A program made the translations under genes and the position numbers. DNA of 32,302 nt from positions 22,049 to 54,350 of the forward strand of contig NW_025214896.1 of NCBI RefSeq assembly GCF_004010195.1. The letters run 5' to 3'. Shown piece after piece: positions 1 to 11,084 of this stretch. Source of the stretch: Chiloscyllium plagiosum (Eukaryota). The notes under the pieces were generated by a model. The model did no database searches and was not told the DNA's origin. It worked only from the letters and a program-made list of their open reading frames with translations. How positions within the stretch are numbered: position 1 is the stretch's first letter; every line of letters begins with the position of its first letter.

Positions 1-29
1 ACCAGTCACTGAAATCAATTTTGCTGGAA

Positions 30-660
30 GAAAAAACAGTTAGGAAGATTAATGGTGCATTGACCTTCATTTAAGGAGGATTTGAGTCCGGGAGTAAGGG
101 TGTCTTACTGCAGCTGGACAGGGCCTTGGTGAGACCCAATCTCGAACATTGTGCAGTATTTTGTGCAATTCTGGTCTCCATACCTAATACAGGACAAACC
201 TGACATTGAGGGAGTGCAGTAAAGGATGGCCATCCTGATCTCTGGGATGACAGGCTTGTTGTTGGAGCAGAGTTTGGGACGACTGTCCTGTATTCCATTG
301 GCTTTAGGAAAATGAGTGGAGATCTCAGTGACATATATTACACTCTGACAGGGTAAGACAGATTGCAAGCAGGGATGATAATTCCACAGGCTGGTACATC
401 TAACACAAGGGCCCACGGTATTATGTACAGGCAGGACACTGCATTGAGATGAGAATAAATGTCTGCACTGCGTCACTGGAGACCCTGGGGAATTCGGTCA
501 CACCTGGAAGCCAAGGCACTGAATGTAAGTAAGGATTTACAGGCACTAAACGGATGAGGGGAGAGCAAGAGTACGGTGTGGAAATAAATGGCCAGCCATT
601 ATTATACTGAATTGGGTATCAATTCGATGGAACAAAGAGACTACTACAGTTCCTATTTAT
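30..660 (+). mobile_element. Decayed CR1-type LINE, 3' end (RT C-terminus and 3' UTR)
   Basis: The + strand reads GFESGSKGVLLQLDRALVRPNLEHCAVF..WSPYL, the CR1 ORF2 C-terminal motif (LLQLYxALVRPHLEYCVQFWSP). A decayed CR1-like tail lies near 640-660. Boundaries are approximate. Confidence 0.8.
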
Positions 661-944
661 AGAGTTCCAAGATTAGTCACATTAACGGATAGGTTAATTG
701 TGTGGGATAAGTGCATTGAGGAGATGTTTGAACATGAAGTAGAATGGGGGAGATTCAATGTGTTGTATGAACTCAACCTTTACCGGTGTTTCTGTGTAAT
801 CTGTGGGAAAGTTGTCACAAACTCTCAGATGTTAGGAAGAAGATCTCTGTAGGTCGACAGAATTGTGTTGACCGTTCCCTTTTGTGGTACCGAGGCTGAA
901 GTCGGGTGTTCTGTCTGATTTTGTCCTTTAAGACATCAGAACAG

Positions 945-1235
945 TTTGATACAATAGAGTGCCTTGCTTGGCCGATTCAGAGACCATTGACGAGTTTATC
1001 ACATGGCTGTGTGTCTGGAGTCACGTTTAGGCCAGACCAGGAAAGCAAGGGAGATTGACTTCCATTGAGGAAGCAAATTCTTGTTTACGATCTACATTGG
1101 CTTCAAGGTCATATGCTGACACCACATTTTGCATCTTAATATTTTATTAATTATTTTTAACTTCCACAAGCTGCCAGAGCATTCGTCTGGTCTTGTTTAC
1201 TAATTCAGTGACATCTCCACAACAGCACCATCTCC
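945..1235 (-). mobile_element. Decayed tRNA-derived SINE (same family as 28150-28525)
   Basis: It shares the block GTCTGGAGTCAC..TAGGCCAGACCAGG..AGATT and the downstream TTCCACAAGCTGCC with the better preserved copy at 28150-28525. Confidence 0.7.
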
Positions 1236-1274
1236 ACATGGGGACCTATCAGAAACTACATTGAGCTGATTATT

Positions 1275-1830
1275 TCTGTGCTGCTTGACAGCTCTGTCAA
1301 AAATTACTCCCACCAATTTGACTATCGTGATTGTACTGAGGGAATGGTGGTTGGTCAGATTATAATTATTCTCCTCTTATGGGACGGGACATGGCGGAGT
1401 AATTTTCCACATTACCCGGGAGATGTCAGATTTGGAGTTGGAATGAAACAGCTTTCCCAGTGACACGGCTTGTTGGGCAACACAAGTCTTCAGTCCTATT
1501 GCAGGAATGAATTCAGAACCCATTACCTTTGTCGTACCTACTGTGTTCAGCTGTTTCTTCAGGTCACTTGCAGAGAATCGAATTGATTAAAGACTGGCAT
1601 CTGTGATTCTGAGGGCATCATGGCGATGGTGAGGTGGCTCATCGACTCAACACGCTGGCTCAGGATGGTACAGATACTACATCCTTGTCTGTTACTCTGC
1701 TGTGTAGGGCTGCTCGATTATTACGGATTGGAATGTTTGTGGGTCCCTTTCCTCCAGTCATTTGTTTAATAATCCATCACCATTTATGACTGAATGTGGC
1801 AGGACTGCGGTGCTTCAATCACATCTCTTG
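1275..1830 (-). mobile_element. Decayed CR1-superfamily LINE ORF2 internal fragment (second family)
   Basis: Segments such as CACAAGTCTTCAG, GAGAATCGAATTG..AAGACTGGCATCTGTGAT and ATGTGGCAGGACTGC match my recollection of a common shark LINE RT region in reverse orientation. There is no open frame. Confidence 0.6.
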
Positions 1831-2079
1831 GTCAAGTGTGGTAACATAATGGGTTAGCATCAGGTTTAGGTTCACATGGTTCTGACCCTGACATGTTCAC
1901 CCACAGTCACTACTGCAACATAGACCGTGTTAATGGCAATGGCAGACTATGGAGATTATCTCTGGGCAAAATGTTACAGGTGGTGGTTGAATGGTGTTCT
2001 GCTTCTCCTGCTGTTGTGGTCTACAGCACTACAGGAATATGCAGTTTTGAGCTGCAATATTTGAAATGCAATTCTGCTG

Positions 2080-2195
2080 TCTATCCCCTAGTTCACATTG
2101 ATGCCCTTTCACCCATCAACCCTGTACTCAGTGACCTACTCTGCTTCCTGATGTGGCAACACTTTCATTTTTATATTCTCATTCTGATGAAGTCG
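2080..2195 (+). mobile_element. L2 LINE RT C-terminal fragment
   Basis: Translates SPINPVLSDLLCFLMWQHFHFYILIL, a decayed form of the L2 motif (H/S)ITPVLxxLHWLPVxxRIxFKILLL. Confidence 0.6.
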
Positions 2196-2244
2196 TGCTT
2201 CCAATCTGACACATTCTATTAAAAAAATTAAACGATTTTAATTC

Positions 2245-2650
2245 AATTTTTTAATCCATTTGAATATTTTTTTCTTGACTAATACCATCTTCCGTGTTTA
2301 AATTGAATGTGTTTCCCTTTTGTTTCCTTCCTGACCTTGATGAAGAGCTCTGTAGTGTCAGTGATGCCAGCCTTATATGGTTTCAGAGCCAATTAATTCT
2401 CTGGATTCCCAATCAGCTTCACCAAATTGTATGTTTCCTCTTTTGATTTGATGCCTTATCACTCATGGCTGCCTTGTCCTCCCACGAGTATGTTTCATCT
2501 TTTCTGGGAGAATTTCTGTTATCCTCCGAGTTATCCACAGAAATTCCTGGCTTTGCTGCTCCATGGTCTTCCCTGCTCGGGTCCACTTCCAATTAACTGT
2601 AGCCAGCTCCTCCCGCATGTCTTTGTAGTGACAATGCTCAATTATAACCG
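2245..2650 (-). mobile_element. Decayed CR1 ORF2 fragment (endonuclease-RT linker region)
   Basis: Resembles the reverse strand of CR1 ORF2 (e.g. TTCCAATTAACTGTAGCCAGCTCCTCCCGCATG). Heavily mutated. Confidence 0.5.
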
Positions 2651-3289
2651 CATTACATCAAGAAGACAGCAATAGATATAAACCGAAAGAAGGAGTATTG
2701 GGAGATGGGACTTAAAGAATAATTGGCAAATTTCTTAACTAGTTACAAAGAGAGAACGAGAAAGGATGCAAATGAGGAAATGTGAAAAATGAGAAAACTA
2801 GATTATTGAAAGTAGGAGATGCACATCCCTCAATGTTTTGACAATTCCTATGTGCTGTGGTCCTTTGTGCAGTGCATGTACAGCAGAGTAATCTGTTCAA
2901 ATGCTGGGTCTGATGCCAGAATTTGCAATCTCCAATAATACGACAGACACCATCTTTGGAAAGAACCCAGCAGGCCAATATATTGAATTCCCGGTAGAAA
3001 TAACTTATTTCACCAGACACAAGAGATTATAACACACATCCTGATTAGAATGAGAGATTAGAGTAGAGAATTTCAGAAAAGGAAGGAACATTGAGAGAAG
3101 GCGAACATATCATATTAGATGAGCACCAAACAATGTTTTATAAATTTTACAAATCCTGTGCATCATTTTTCGATGACTGTGTTTCCGTTATTCATTTAGA
3201 GTGTGCTGTTCACATATGAGAAATATCTGCACACACACACATTGATTAAACAATGTATACAAAATCATTTTTCCACAATTGAAATGGTC

Positions 3290-3682
3290 CTGTTGTCGTG
3301 TTACCAGGACACATGAACACCAATTGGTCACTAAAAGAAATGACCCACTATCACTATGTTCCATACATACAGACAAAGAAGGGCGGCACTTCAACTGGAA
3401 CAACATGCACACTTACTAAGACACGCAAGGACTTTCTGAGAGGAATGGCATTCTAACCAGAAGTCCATCAATAATCACATCAATTTAGATCCTATCTACT
3501 CTCTCTTCTAATAAAAAACCGGAAATGACATCACACTCATAAAAAACCCCAAGACCTATAAATAGAGAGGCCGGACAGACCACCAGCATTTCAGCGGGGT
3601 CTCTCACTGATGATGTTAACTAGTCATGGTGTCAAACCGTCTTAAAACAAACCCTTCAAGGTCAGCGAGCTAACTTGCATAC
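3290..3682 (+). mobile_element. Penelope-like element 3' end: GIY-YIG endonuclease C-terminus and terminal repeat with decayed hammerhead motif
   Basis: Decayed translation VTKRNDPLSLCSIHTDKEGRHFNW...WHSNQKSINNHINLDPIY is typical of the PLE endonuclease tail. It is followed by CTGATGA-TGTTAAC-TAGTCAT-GGTGTC-AAAC-CG-TC at ~3607-3641. Confidence 0.75.
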
Positions 3683-3684
3683 AA

Positions 3685-3814
3685 ATAAATTGTTATTTTT
3701 CGTTAATTAGCGGAGTTCTCTGTCACCCACGTGTTAACAGATTATGATGTGAGTTGAGCTTTTCTGGGTGTGTTGTTTTAATTAACAGAGGGGTTCGACA
3801 TTTATGTCATAACA
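3685..3814 (+). repeat. Truncated 5' LTR (last ~130 bp) of the Gypsy element
   Basis: Aligns by eye with 8750-8881 (TGTCAC.CA..T.TTAACA.ATTATGA.GTGAG..GAGCTTTTC.GGGTGT...TTTTAATTAACA.AGGGGTTCGAC). It ends in TCATAACA, the reverse complement of the TGTTATGA start of the 3' LTR. Confidence 0.85.
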
Positions 3815-3835
3815 GTTTGGGGCCTTGCCGTATAG
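3815..3835 (+). other. Decayed primer-binding site, probably tRNA-Pro
   Basis: TTTGGGGCCTTGCCG lies directly after the LTR end. It resembles TGGGGGCTCGTCCGG (complement of the tRNA-Pro 3' end) with several mismatches. Confidence 0.5.
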
Positions 3836-4729
3836 AATTTGGACAGACTTGAAAAGATTTCGGGTACAAAAGGTTCCAGCAGGTTCCAACAGGAGGCAAT
3901 TTGTGACCTAGATCTTCAAATAAAACCGGTAGGAAAATTAATTAATTTTGTTCACTTGCGGTTGGTTAAATTAAAAGTGAGGGAAATGGCTTTTAACATT
4001 AATAAAGAGGTTCCCAAATTTGCCAAGGAAGTTTACAAAGATATTTTTAGAATTAGCAAATCGGTTAGAGTTGGGTTTAACTAGGGACAAAAGGAAAGCT
4101 GAAATTGCAATGGAGGTGGTCAAGCACTTTGGTATGTCAGAGAAACAGACACAGTTAGAAAAAAACTTAAATTGTAAATATGGCAATTGGAGTTAGAAGA
4201 TGAAAAAAAGGGACGGAAAGAGAGAGAGAACAAAGAGAAAGGGAAAGAGAGGAAAGAGCGAGAGAGAGAATTTGAATTGCAGAAGTTAAACAAGAAAGCT
4301 AAATTAACAGGACAGAGACGAAGATAGAACGTCAAGTATATAGCCATGTTAATACATTGCCATATTTCGTTGAGAAAAGTGTCAAAATCTGTTTTTATTT
4401 CATTTGAAAAATCAAAATGGCTCAGCAGATGGCGTGTCCAGTTAATTTTAGGCATGGCTCGTTCAGACTAAGCGGGTGGGCACTGCTAGTGAGGTGCGTG
4501 CAGCATTGTCAGATGAGGGGTCAAGAGATTATGCAGATGTTAATCTGGCTATTTTGAGTGGTTATGCATTGGTACTAGAATTATATAGACAGTGGTTCCG
4601 AAATATAGGGACAAAACCTGGTCAGACCTCTGTTGAATTTGAAAGAATTCAACGCAGTAAGTTTGATAGATGAGTTTGATAGAAGAAATAATAATTTTGT
4701 AAGATATGGGATCTGCTCACTGTCTAGTA

Positions 4730-5385
4730 GTTGATAAGTGAGGCGCCAGAAAAGCACAATAAATCAGGCAGGATCCGAAGAGCAGGACAATCGAATATCA
4801 GGCATAAACCCATCGTCAGGAATGTGGCGGGGGTACGAGGGGGCTGAAAGATAAATAGGAGGGTAGGAGCTGGGCTGGCGGGAGGGTCACTGGGAACCTG
4901 ATAAGAAGATGTAGGTGGGAGTAATACTGATATGCAGGGAGGCGGGTGGCGTGGATAGGTGGAAAGGAAGATGGACAATTAAGACAGTTCAAGAGTGCGG
5001 GGCTAAGTTGAACGGTTGGATCTGGAATGAGGTTAGGGGAGTGGAGATTTGGAAATTGGTGAAGTCGACGTTGATGCTGTAGAGTATGAGGTGTCCAGCT
5101 ATCCTACCACCTCTCCACTTCTCTCTCCTCTCCGACCTATCACCATCACTCCCCACCTTCATCTGCCTATCGAATTTCCAAGCTACCTTCCACCCAGCTC
5201 TACCCCCACCCTCCTTTTTAATTCTCCGCCACCTTCCCCCTCCCGTAATCCCACTTTCCCTTTGAAGGGCTTGTGCTTGAAACGCCACTCTCTTGCTCCT
5301 CTGATACTGCCTGACCTGCTTTGCTTTTCCAGCCCCACATTTTCCAACTCTAATCTCCAGAATCTGCAGTCCTCACTTTCTTTCG
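4730..5385. mobile_element. Penelope-like element remnant with two inverted arms, inserted into the Gypsy gag region
   Basis: The minus arm 4730-~5095 carries the PLE endonuclease tail (HLIL..INVDFTNFQIS..SFQIQP) and the terminal repeat. The plus arm ~5097-5385 repeats the same terminus and ends CTCCAGAATCTGCAGTCCTCACTTTCT, as in the copies at 10949, 17254 and 29704. Confidence 0.8.
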
Positions 5386-5886
5386 ACCTCTAATAAGAAG
5401 AGATCAAGTATTTTCACTCTTTCTGACATGTTATTCAAGAGCTTGATAATTTGTGGAATGGGGATAGAACCAAAGGTTGGGGGACCGAAATATCAGATTG
5501 GAGTGCCAAATCAAGGTTGGGGAAGTAACGCTGAGAGTGAGTGACAGAGTGTCAGTTCCAGGAAGGCAGTTTGTTCTTGGGAACGGTTTAAAATTATCCA
5601 AGATGGGTGAGGCACTCCTTCTGGTGGAGAAATTAAAGGAAGACGAAGGAACTGGGAAATTTAAATAAAAATACCCAGGAATTTTTCCAGACTGTTTAAT
5701 AACAATATCCCACTCTCATCAGTTACAGCAGGAAGGAAAAAATGAAAAACAATGACAAAGGAGTTAATGTTCGGTTAACTGAAACCCTATTTGATTCAAC
5801 GGTGCAGGAAAAACCTGAACAACCTGAACAGGCAGAGGGTTCGAGCAGAGGGATTTAGTCCCGAAAGGCTAATGGACTTAGAAAAG

Positions 5887-5920
5887 ATACACACACACAC
5901 ACACACAGAGCGAGAGAGAT
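5887..5920. repeat. (CA)n(GA)n microsatellite inside the Gypsy element
   Basis: Directly visible. Confidence 0.9.
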
Positions 5921-8095
5921 AGAATGAGTCAAAATATGCTCTCGAAAGTTATTAACTTCAAGATAGAATCCTACACTTAAAATGGAGACCACGATAGGTT
6001 AGTGTAGGAGGGAAATGGGCCAAAGTGCACCAGATTGTGTTACCGGTCGTATACAGAGTTATGGGTAGCACAAGATCTAACTGCAGGCGGTCACCTAGGT
6101 ATTCGGAAGACTCAGGCTAAGGAACAGAAGCATTTCTACTGGTCTGCAATGCACACGAATGTGGTTAATTTTTGTTGTACGTCATGCATGCCAAATGGTA
6201 GGTAAGTCACAGGCAGTAATAAAACCAGCACCTTTGTCGCCAATTCCTGCATTTGAAGAACATTACGCGTGGGTTATGATTAATTATGTAACTCCCCTTT
6301 CTAAATTCACCAGTATTTGTTGACAATAATGGATGTGTCTACTAGATTGCCAGAGGCAATTTCATTATGGAGTATTAAGGTAAAAAATGAGGTAGAGGAG
6401 TTGGCAGCTTTCTTTACTCACTGTGGGCTACCCAAAGAGATTCAGTCAGACGAAGAGTGTCGTTTTACCGCTCATCTGTTTAAGGAAGTCATGGGTAGCT
6501 TAGGTATACAGCACTTCAAATCAAGGACGTCCCATCCTGAATCCCAGGGAGCCTTTGAAAGTTAGGATCAGACGCTGAAGACCATGTTAACAGCATACTG
6601 TCAGGATTGCCTGAAAGTTTGGATAAAGGTGCCCCATTAAATTGCTTGCCATCGGAGATGCACCAATAAATCTACTCAGTTTATTTCTTTTGAGTTAATA
6701 TTCGTACATGAAGTGAGAGATCCTTTGAAATTAATCAAATATAAATTGACAGGATCAAAGTCGGAGATCTCACACTGTGAGATGAGGTAGAGATTACACT
6801 GAGTAGACGAGTTAGCTCAACAGCACCTGAAGAGGGCACAGCATAGAGTGAAGCAAGTGGCTGATAAAAAAAACTCTGAAACTTTTTCAATTTCCCGTGG
6901 GAATGACGTATCAGTATTGCCACCAGTGGTAGGAAATCCCGTCAAAGCCAGATTTAGTGGCCCCTTTCAAATAAAAATAATGTTGAGTCATTTAAACTAT
7001 CTGGTAAAGATACTGTATATGACAAAAATATTATCGACTATGTCATGTGAATGAATAATGCACAAGCCACAGTTAAGACTCACGGACAAGAGTTGTGGCC
7101 AGATGAATAAATTGTGCAGTTTACCTGTATGATATAGTGATCTTTAGCAAGTGATTGAAAGCTCACACGTGACAGTTGGCAGAGCATGTTGAACGACTAC
7201 AAGAAGCAAATTTAGTAATAAACTTAAAGAAAACAGAATTCTCGAAGGCAGAGGTGATGTTCTTGGGACATTACATTGGACATGGAAGGTTAACCGCAGG
7301 AACACAAAGAAGAAGGGCTTTGAGTAATTTCCATGACCATCCTCGAAGAAAGAGGAACTTCGATTTTTAGAACTGAGTGGATTCTATTGGAAGTTTGTTC
7401 CAAATGTCTGCATAGTATTCGCACCACTGATGGACTTACTAAAGAAGAACACAGAATTGTGGTGGACAAAACAATGCCAGGAGGCATTTGAGAATTTAAA
7501 ATCAGTATTAAGCATTGCACCAATTTTAGCTACACCAAATATTTTGAAACGTTTGAAAATTGTGTTGGATGTTCTGGATATAGTTGTCAGAGATGCATTG
7601 ATGCAGAAAGATGATGATGTAATTGAATGGCCAATGAACTACTTGTCGAAAACTCTCAATATACACCAGGAAAAAATACAACATTTCCATTATTGAAGAT
7701 GAATGACTGAGTTTAGTACTGACCTGTCAATCTGTTAATATGTATATAACAAAGAAATCGTTGAAGACGGTTGTGGACAACAATGACAATCCTCTGGCAT
7801 TGTTTGGAATATTTAAAGACCAGAATATGAGACTATTTCATTGGAGTCTTATGTTACCAACTTTAAACTTACAAAATGTACATGTTATGGGTCCTAAAAA
7901 CGTGCAGGTGTGTTATCACGAATTTAAAGGAACAAGTGTCGATAAGATATGACTTATTCAAGTTTTACATATGTGTACCGAATTAATAAGAATGGTATAA
8001 CTTAGATTGATTCTTTTGGATTCTATAATACTTGGATTAAGAATTAGAGGAAAAAAATAAACCATCTTTTCATTCTGATGGTTCTTTCTTTTTCT

Positions 8096-8107
8096 GAAGA
8101 GGAGAGG
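8096..8107 (+). other. Polypurine tract
   Basis: GAAGAGGAGAGG immediately precedes the TG start of the 3' LTR. Confidence 0.85.
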
Positions 8108-8881
8108 TGTTATGAAGTCGATTCTTGTCTGGTCACTTGAAGACAGAACGGGTTTTGCTGAATAGATAGAACAACCACAGATGCCAGCTAAAGGTCAGTC
8201 TGTTCCAAATGTAACAATTAGCCGGGATTTGGATTCCTGAGTTTTGGTTGCTTTTTTGACAGCAATTCAAATACAACCAAAGAGTTTAAATAATGCTCAG
8301 GATACCAGGAGCCAACGGAATTTGAATATTATTGTTTGGACACCTGGAAAGCAGTCAAATTATGAGAATTATTGTAATATGGGGAGTATATAAACCCAGC
8401 ATTTTTAACACTAGAGGGATAGCCACTGCCATCCAATAACAGAGTAAATGCTGTAGAGCAGGAGTGCTAACTGACCATCTCAAACATTCTCTATCAAAGG
8501 TACATGTTCATTTACCACCTCCTTGCAGTAATGCAAAACATGACACAGTGAGATCAGCAGCTGGAAGAGTGAACACAGCGGAACAGATAGAGACTGTGTG
8601 GTCTTGAGATTGTAATGTTTAATATGTGGGTTGTTGGAATAGCATATATTTACAAAGTTGGAGTCAGGTAGTAAGTAGTTAACAAAAAAGGGGGTTGTAT
8701 TTGTGAATAGTTGTTGTGTAGTGTTCACTATTAAAGTTGAGAAACTAACTTGTTAATTTTTGTTTAAATAGTGGAATGTAGGAGATCTGTGTCACTCATA
8801 TTTTAACATATTATGAGGTGAGGCGAGCTTTTCGGGGTGTTTGGTTTTAATTAACAAAGGGGTTCGACTCAGCCTTGTAAA
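8108..8881 (+). repeat. 3' LTR of the Gypsy element (~770 bp)
   Basis: Starts TGTTATGA after the PPT and has TATATAAA at 8387-8394. The last ~130 bp match the 5' LTR remnant. The terminal CA is eroded. Confidence 0.85.
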
Positions 8882-8884
8882 TGT

Positions 8885-10050
8885 CATCCACGCTAACCCC
8901 ATTTCCCTGCAGTTGGCCCATATCCTTTGTGTCCTTTCTTATCCACATACTTATCTAAATGCTTTTAAATGTTTTTAATGTGCACCCCTCAAGCACATCA
9001 GCTGGCAGCTCATCCACGTACCAGCCCTCTGTGGAAAGAAGTGCCCGCTCCGGTTCCCTTTTATTACTTCCCTTCTCACCTTGAACTGATCTCCTTTAGT
9101 CCTCGATTCTCAAAACCTTGGAAAACACATTCACCTTATCCATGCCCCTCATGAACTTATACAGCTCTATAATGCCCCCCTCAGTCTCCTACACTCTAAA
9201 GAAAAGTTCTAGCTTGTCCAATCTCTCCCTATAGCTCAGACCATTGGGTCCTGGCAATTTTCTTGTAAATTTCTTCTGCACTCTTTCTAATTAAATAATA
9301 TCCTCCCTATAACAAGGTGATAATCACTGAACACAATGCTCCAAGTGCAGCCTTACCAAAAACCTGTGTAACTGCAACATAAATTCCCAACCTCTATACT
9401 CAATGTCCTGCGTGATGAAGGCCAGTGTGCCAAATGGCTTTTCATTGTCTTGTCTACTTGTGACTTCACTCTGAGACAACCGTGCACCTGAATGCCAAGG
9501 TCTCTCTGCCCACTACACCCCTTAAGACCCTCACGTTCACCGTGAAACTCCTACCTTTATTTGAGTTTCCAAAATGCAAGACCTCACACCTCTATATGAA
9601 ATTCCATTAGCCATTGCTGGGAAAATTCCCCACCTGATTACGGTCCTGCTACAATTTCTGATAAACTTCCTCACTGAACACGCCACCACTTATTTTAGTG
9701 TCATCTGCAAACTTATGAATCATGCCTTGTACATTCTCATCAAAATCATGGATAACAAATAGCAAATGACCTAGCCTCCAGTCTGACAAGCATCCTTCCA
9801 CTAAAGCCTCTGCTTCCTACCAACAAGCCAACAGTGTATCCAATTTGGCATTTTCCCAGCATCCCATGTTATGTAACCTTACTGAGCAGCCTGCCATGTT
9901 GAAATTTATCAAAGGCCTTACTGAAATCCATAGAGACTACGTCTACTTCTCTATCCTGATCAACCTTCTTGGACACTTCATCAAATAACTCCAACAAATT
10001 GAGAAGCATGACCTCTCACTCACAAGTCTATGTTGACTACTCTGAATCAA
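8885..10050 (-). mobile_element. CR1 LINE 3' portion
   Basis: Reverse-strand RT motifs (TTTAGTGTCATCTGCAAACTT = KFADDTK; ATCAAAGGCCTTACTGAAATCCAT = MDFSKAFD), with a CR1 3' UTR at the left end. Confidence 0.9.
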
Positions 10051-10349
10051 ACCTGTGTAAGTAATGGGTGCAGTCAATGGTATGCTGTCCTGCCTTGTAA
10101 AACCAGCTTCCTGCTGTTGTAGAGCCTTGCTGAGAGAGTATTTGTAGCACAATTTACAGATTTGATCTTTGTAAGGAATGTCCACAAACACGAATGGTGC
10201 TAACATGAGGATAGTGTGAAGAATCTGAGTGTTTAATCTGTAGAACTGTGAGAGATCAAGAAATGCTGACTTTGAAACACGAGGAGTGCCAGCGATCACT
10301 TATTTCCAAAACATTCATTGACAGGAAGAGAAATTCCATAGTTTACCCA

Positions 10350-10545
10350 GTATTGATTGGTTGCATTTATTGCTACGAGTACCTCAGTACAGGGAAACAT
10401 TTTATTCATGAGCAGTGGAGGAAGATCATAATAAGCATGGCCAGGCAGATCATAGGGTGGAAATAGACTTGGACAGAGTAAGGAATACAGGTAACACTGA
10501 ACAGGACGTGCACTAGACAAGATCAACATGAACAAGATCAGCATT
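10350..10545 (-). mobile_element. LINE 3' UTR (L2/Rex-type) with poly(A) signal and CAAT-type tail
   Basis: The minus strand reads CTATGATCTGCCTGGCCATGCTTATTATGATCT..TGTACTGAGGTAC..AATAAATGCAACCAATCAATA, like a fish L2/Rex-type 3' end. Confidence 0.55.
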
Positions 10546-10948
10546 ATTTGAACTTAGAGAGTCCATTCATCAATCTAACGTGGGTCTCCTAATAGTTTAT
10601 ATGCCTACATTAACCCTCCCCACATTAATGTTAAGTCGGTGTGTGAACCCGTACTGAATGCCATGTTGCTCACAATTCCCAACTGCAGTTACAATACCTT
10701 CGATCTGAAACAGGTAGCCATGCCCACCAGCTTCCGCCCGACAGAGATAACATCAGGCTGTCTTCTCAGAAATGAAAGATGCCTGCTTGTGACTTCACAC
10801 AAGACATATGCCTTCCCTCCTCACCACGAGAAAACCACGTTAAAGTCACACGTGTGTATCATAAGCAACGGAGCCACGAGGAACAACGTGGAACAGTCTG
10901 TCTGTGCAGCCTCTGCTCCACTTGTTCATCATGTTAGAGCATCTATTA

Positions 10949-11078
10949 GGAGACAATGAGGACTGCCGATGCTGGAGATCAGAGTAGAGGGAAGCTTGCT
11001 GGAAAAGCACAACAGGTCAGGCAGCATCCGAGGAGCAGGGGAATCGACGGTTCGGGCATAAGCCGTTCATCAGGAATC
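10949..11078 (-). mobile_element. Short PLE-terminus insertion with decayed hammerhead motif
   Basis: The minus strand starts GATTC-CTGATGA-ACGGC-TTAT-GCCC-GAAC-CG-TC-GATTC. The flanks AGCATCTATTA (10938-10948) and AGCATAAATTA (11079-11089) are a probable eroded TSD. Confidence 0.8.
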
Positions 11079-11084
11079 AGCATA

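Larger units (their letters stand above)
3685..8881 (+). mobile_element. Gmr1-like Gypsy LTR retrotransposon, decayed (gag/SCAN-like, integrase, RT, RNase H)
   Basis: Gag-like 4050-4670 (..ELYRQWFRNIGTKPGQTSVEFER). Integrase: HHCC region GHLGIRKTQAK..HFYW..CHACQMVGK ~6085-6210, core LTIMDVSTRLPEA..GLPKEIQSD..HPESQGAFE 6317-6565, GPY/F ARFSGPFQI ~6945-6975. RT: YLYDIVIFS..NLKKTEFSKAEVMFLGHYIG ~7120-7290. Connection/RNase H: WTKQCQEAFENLK..PILATP..YLSKTLN..NPL..RLFHWSL 7430-7900. LTRs, PBS and PPT are present. Confidence 0.9.

Noticed and set aside
2739..3020. 93-aa Cys-containing minus-strand ORF
   Set aside because: No recognisable domain or convincing splice sites.
10248..10466. ORF containing IVYPVLIG, similar to a receptor TM1 start
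   Set aside because: It overlaps the antisense strand of a LINE 3' UTR and has no donor site in the right phase.
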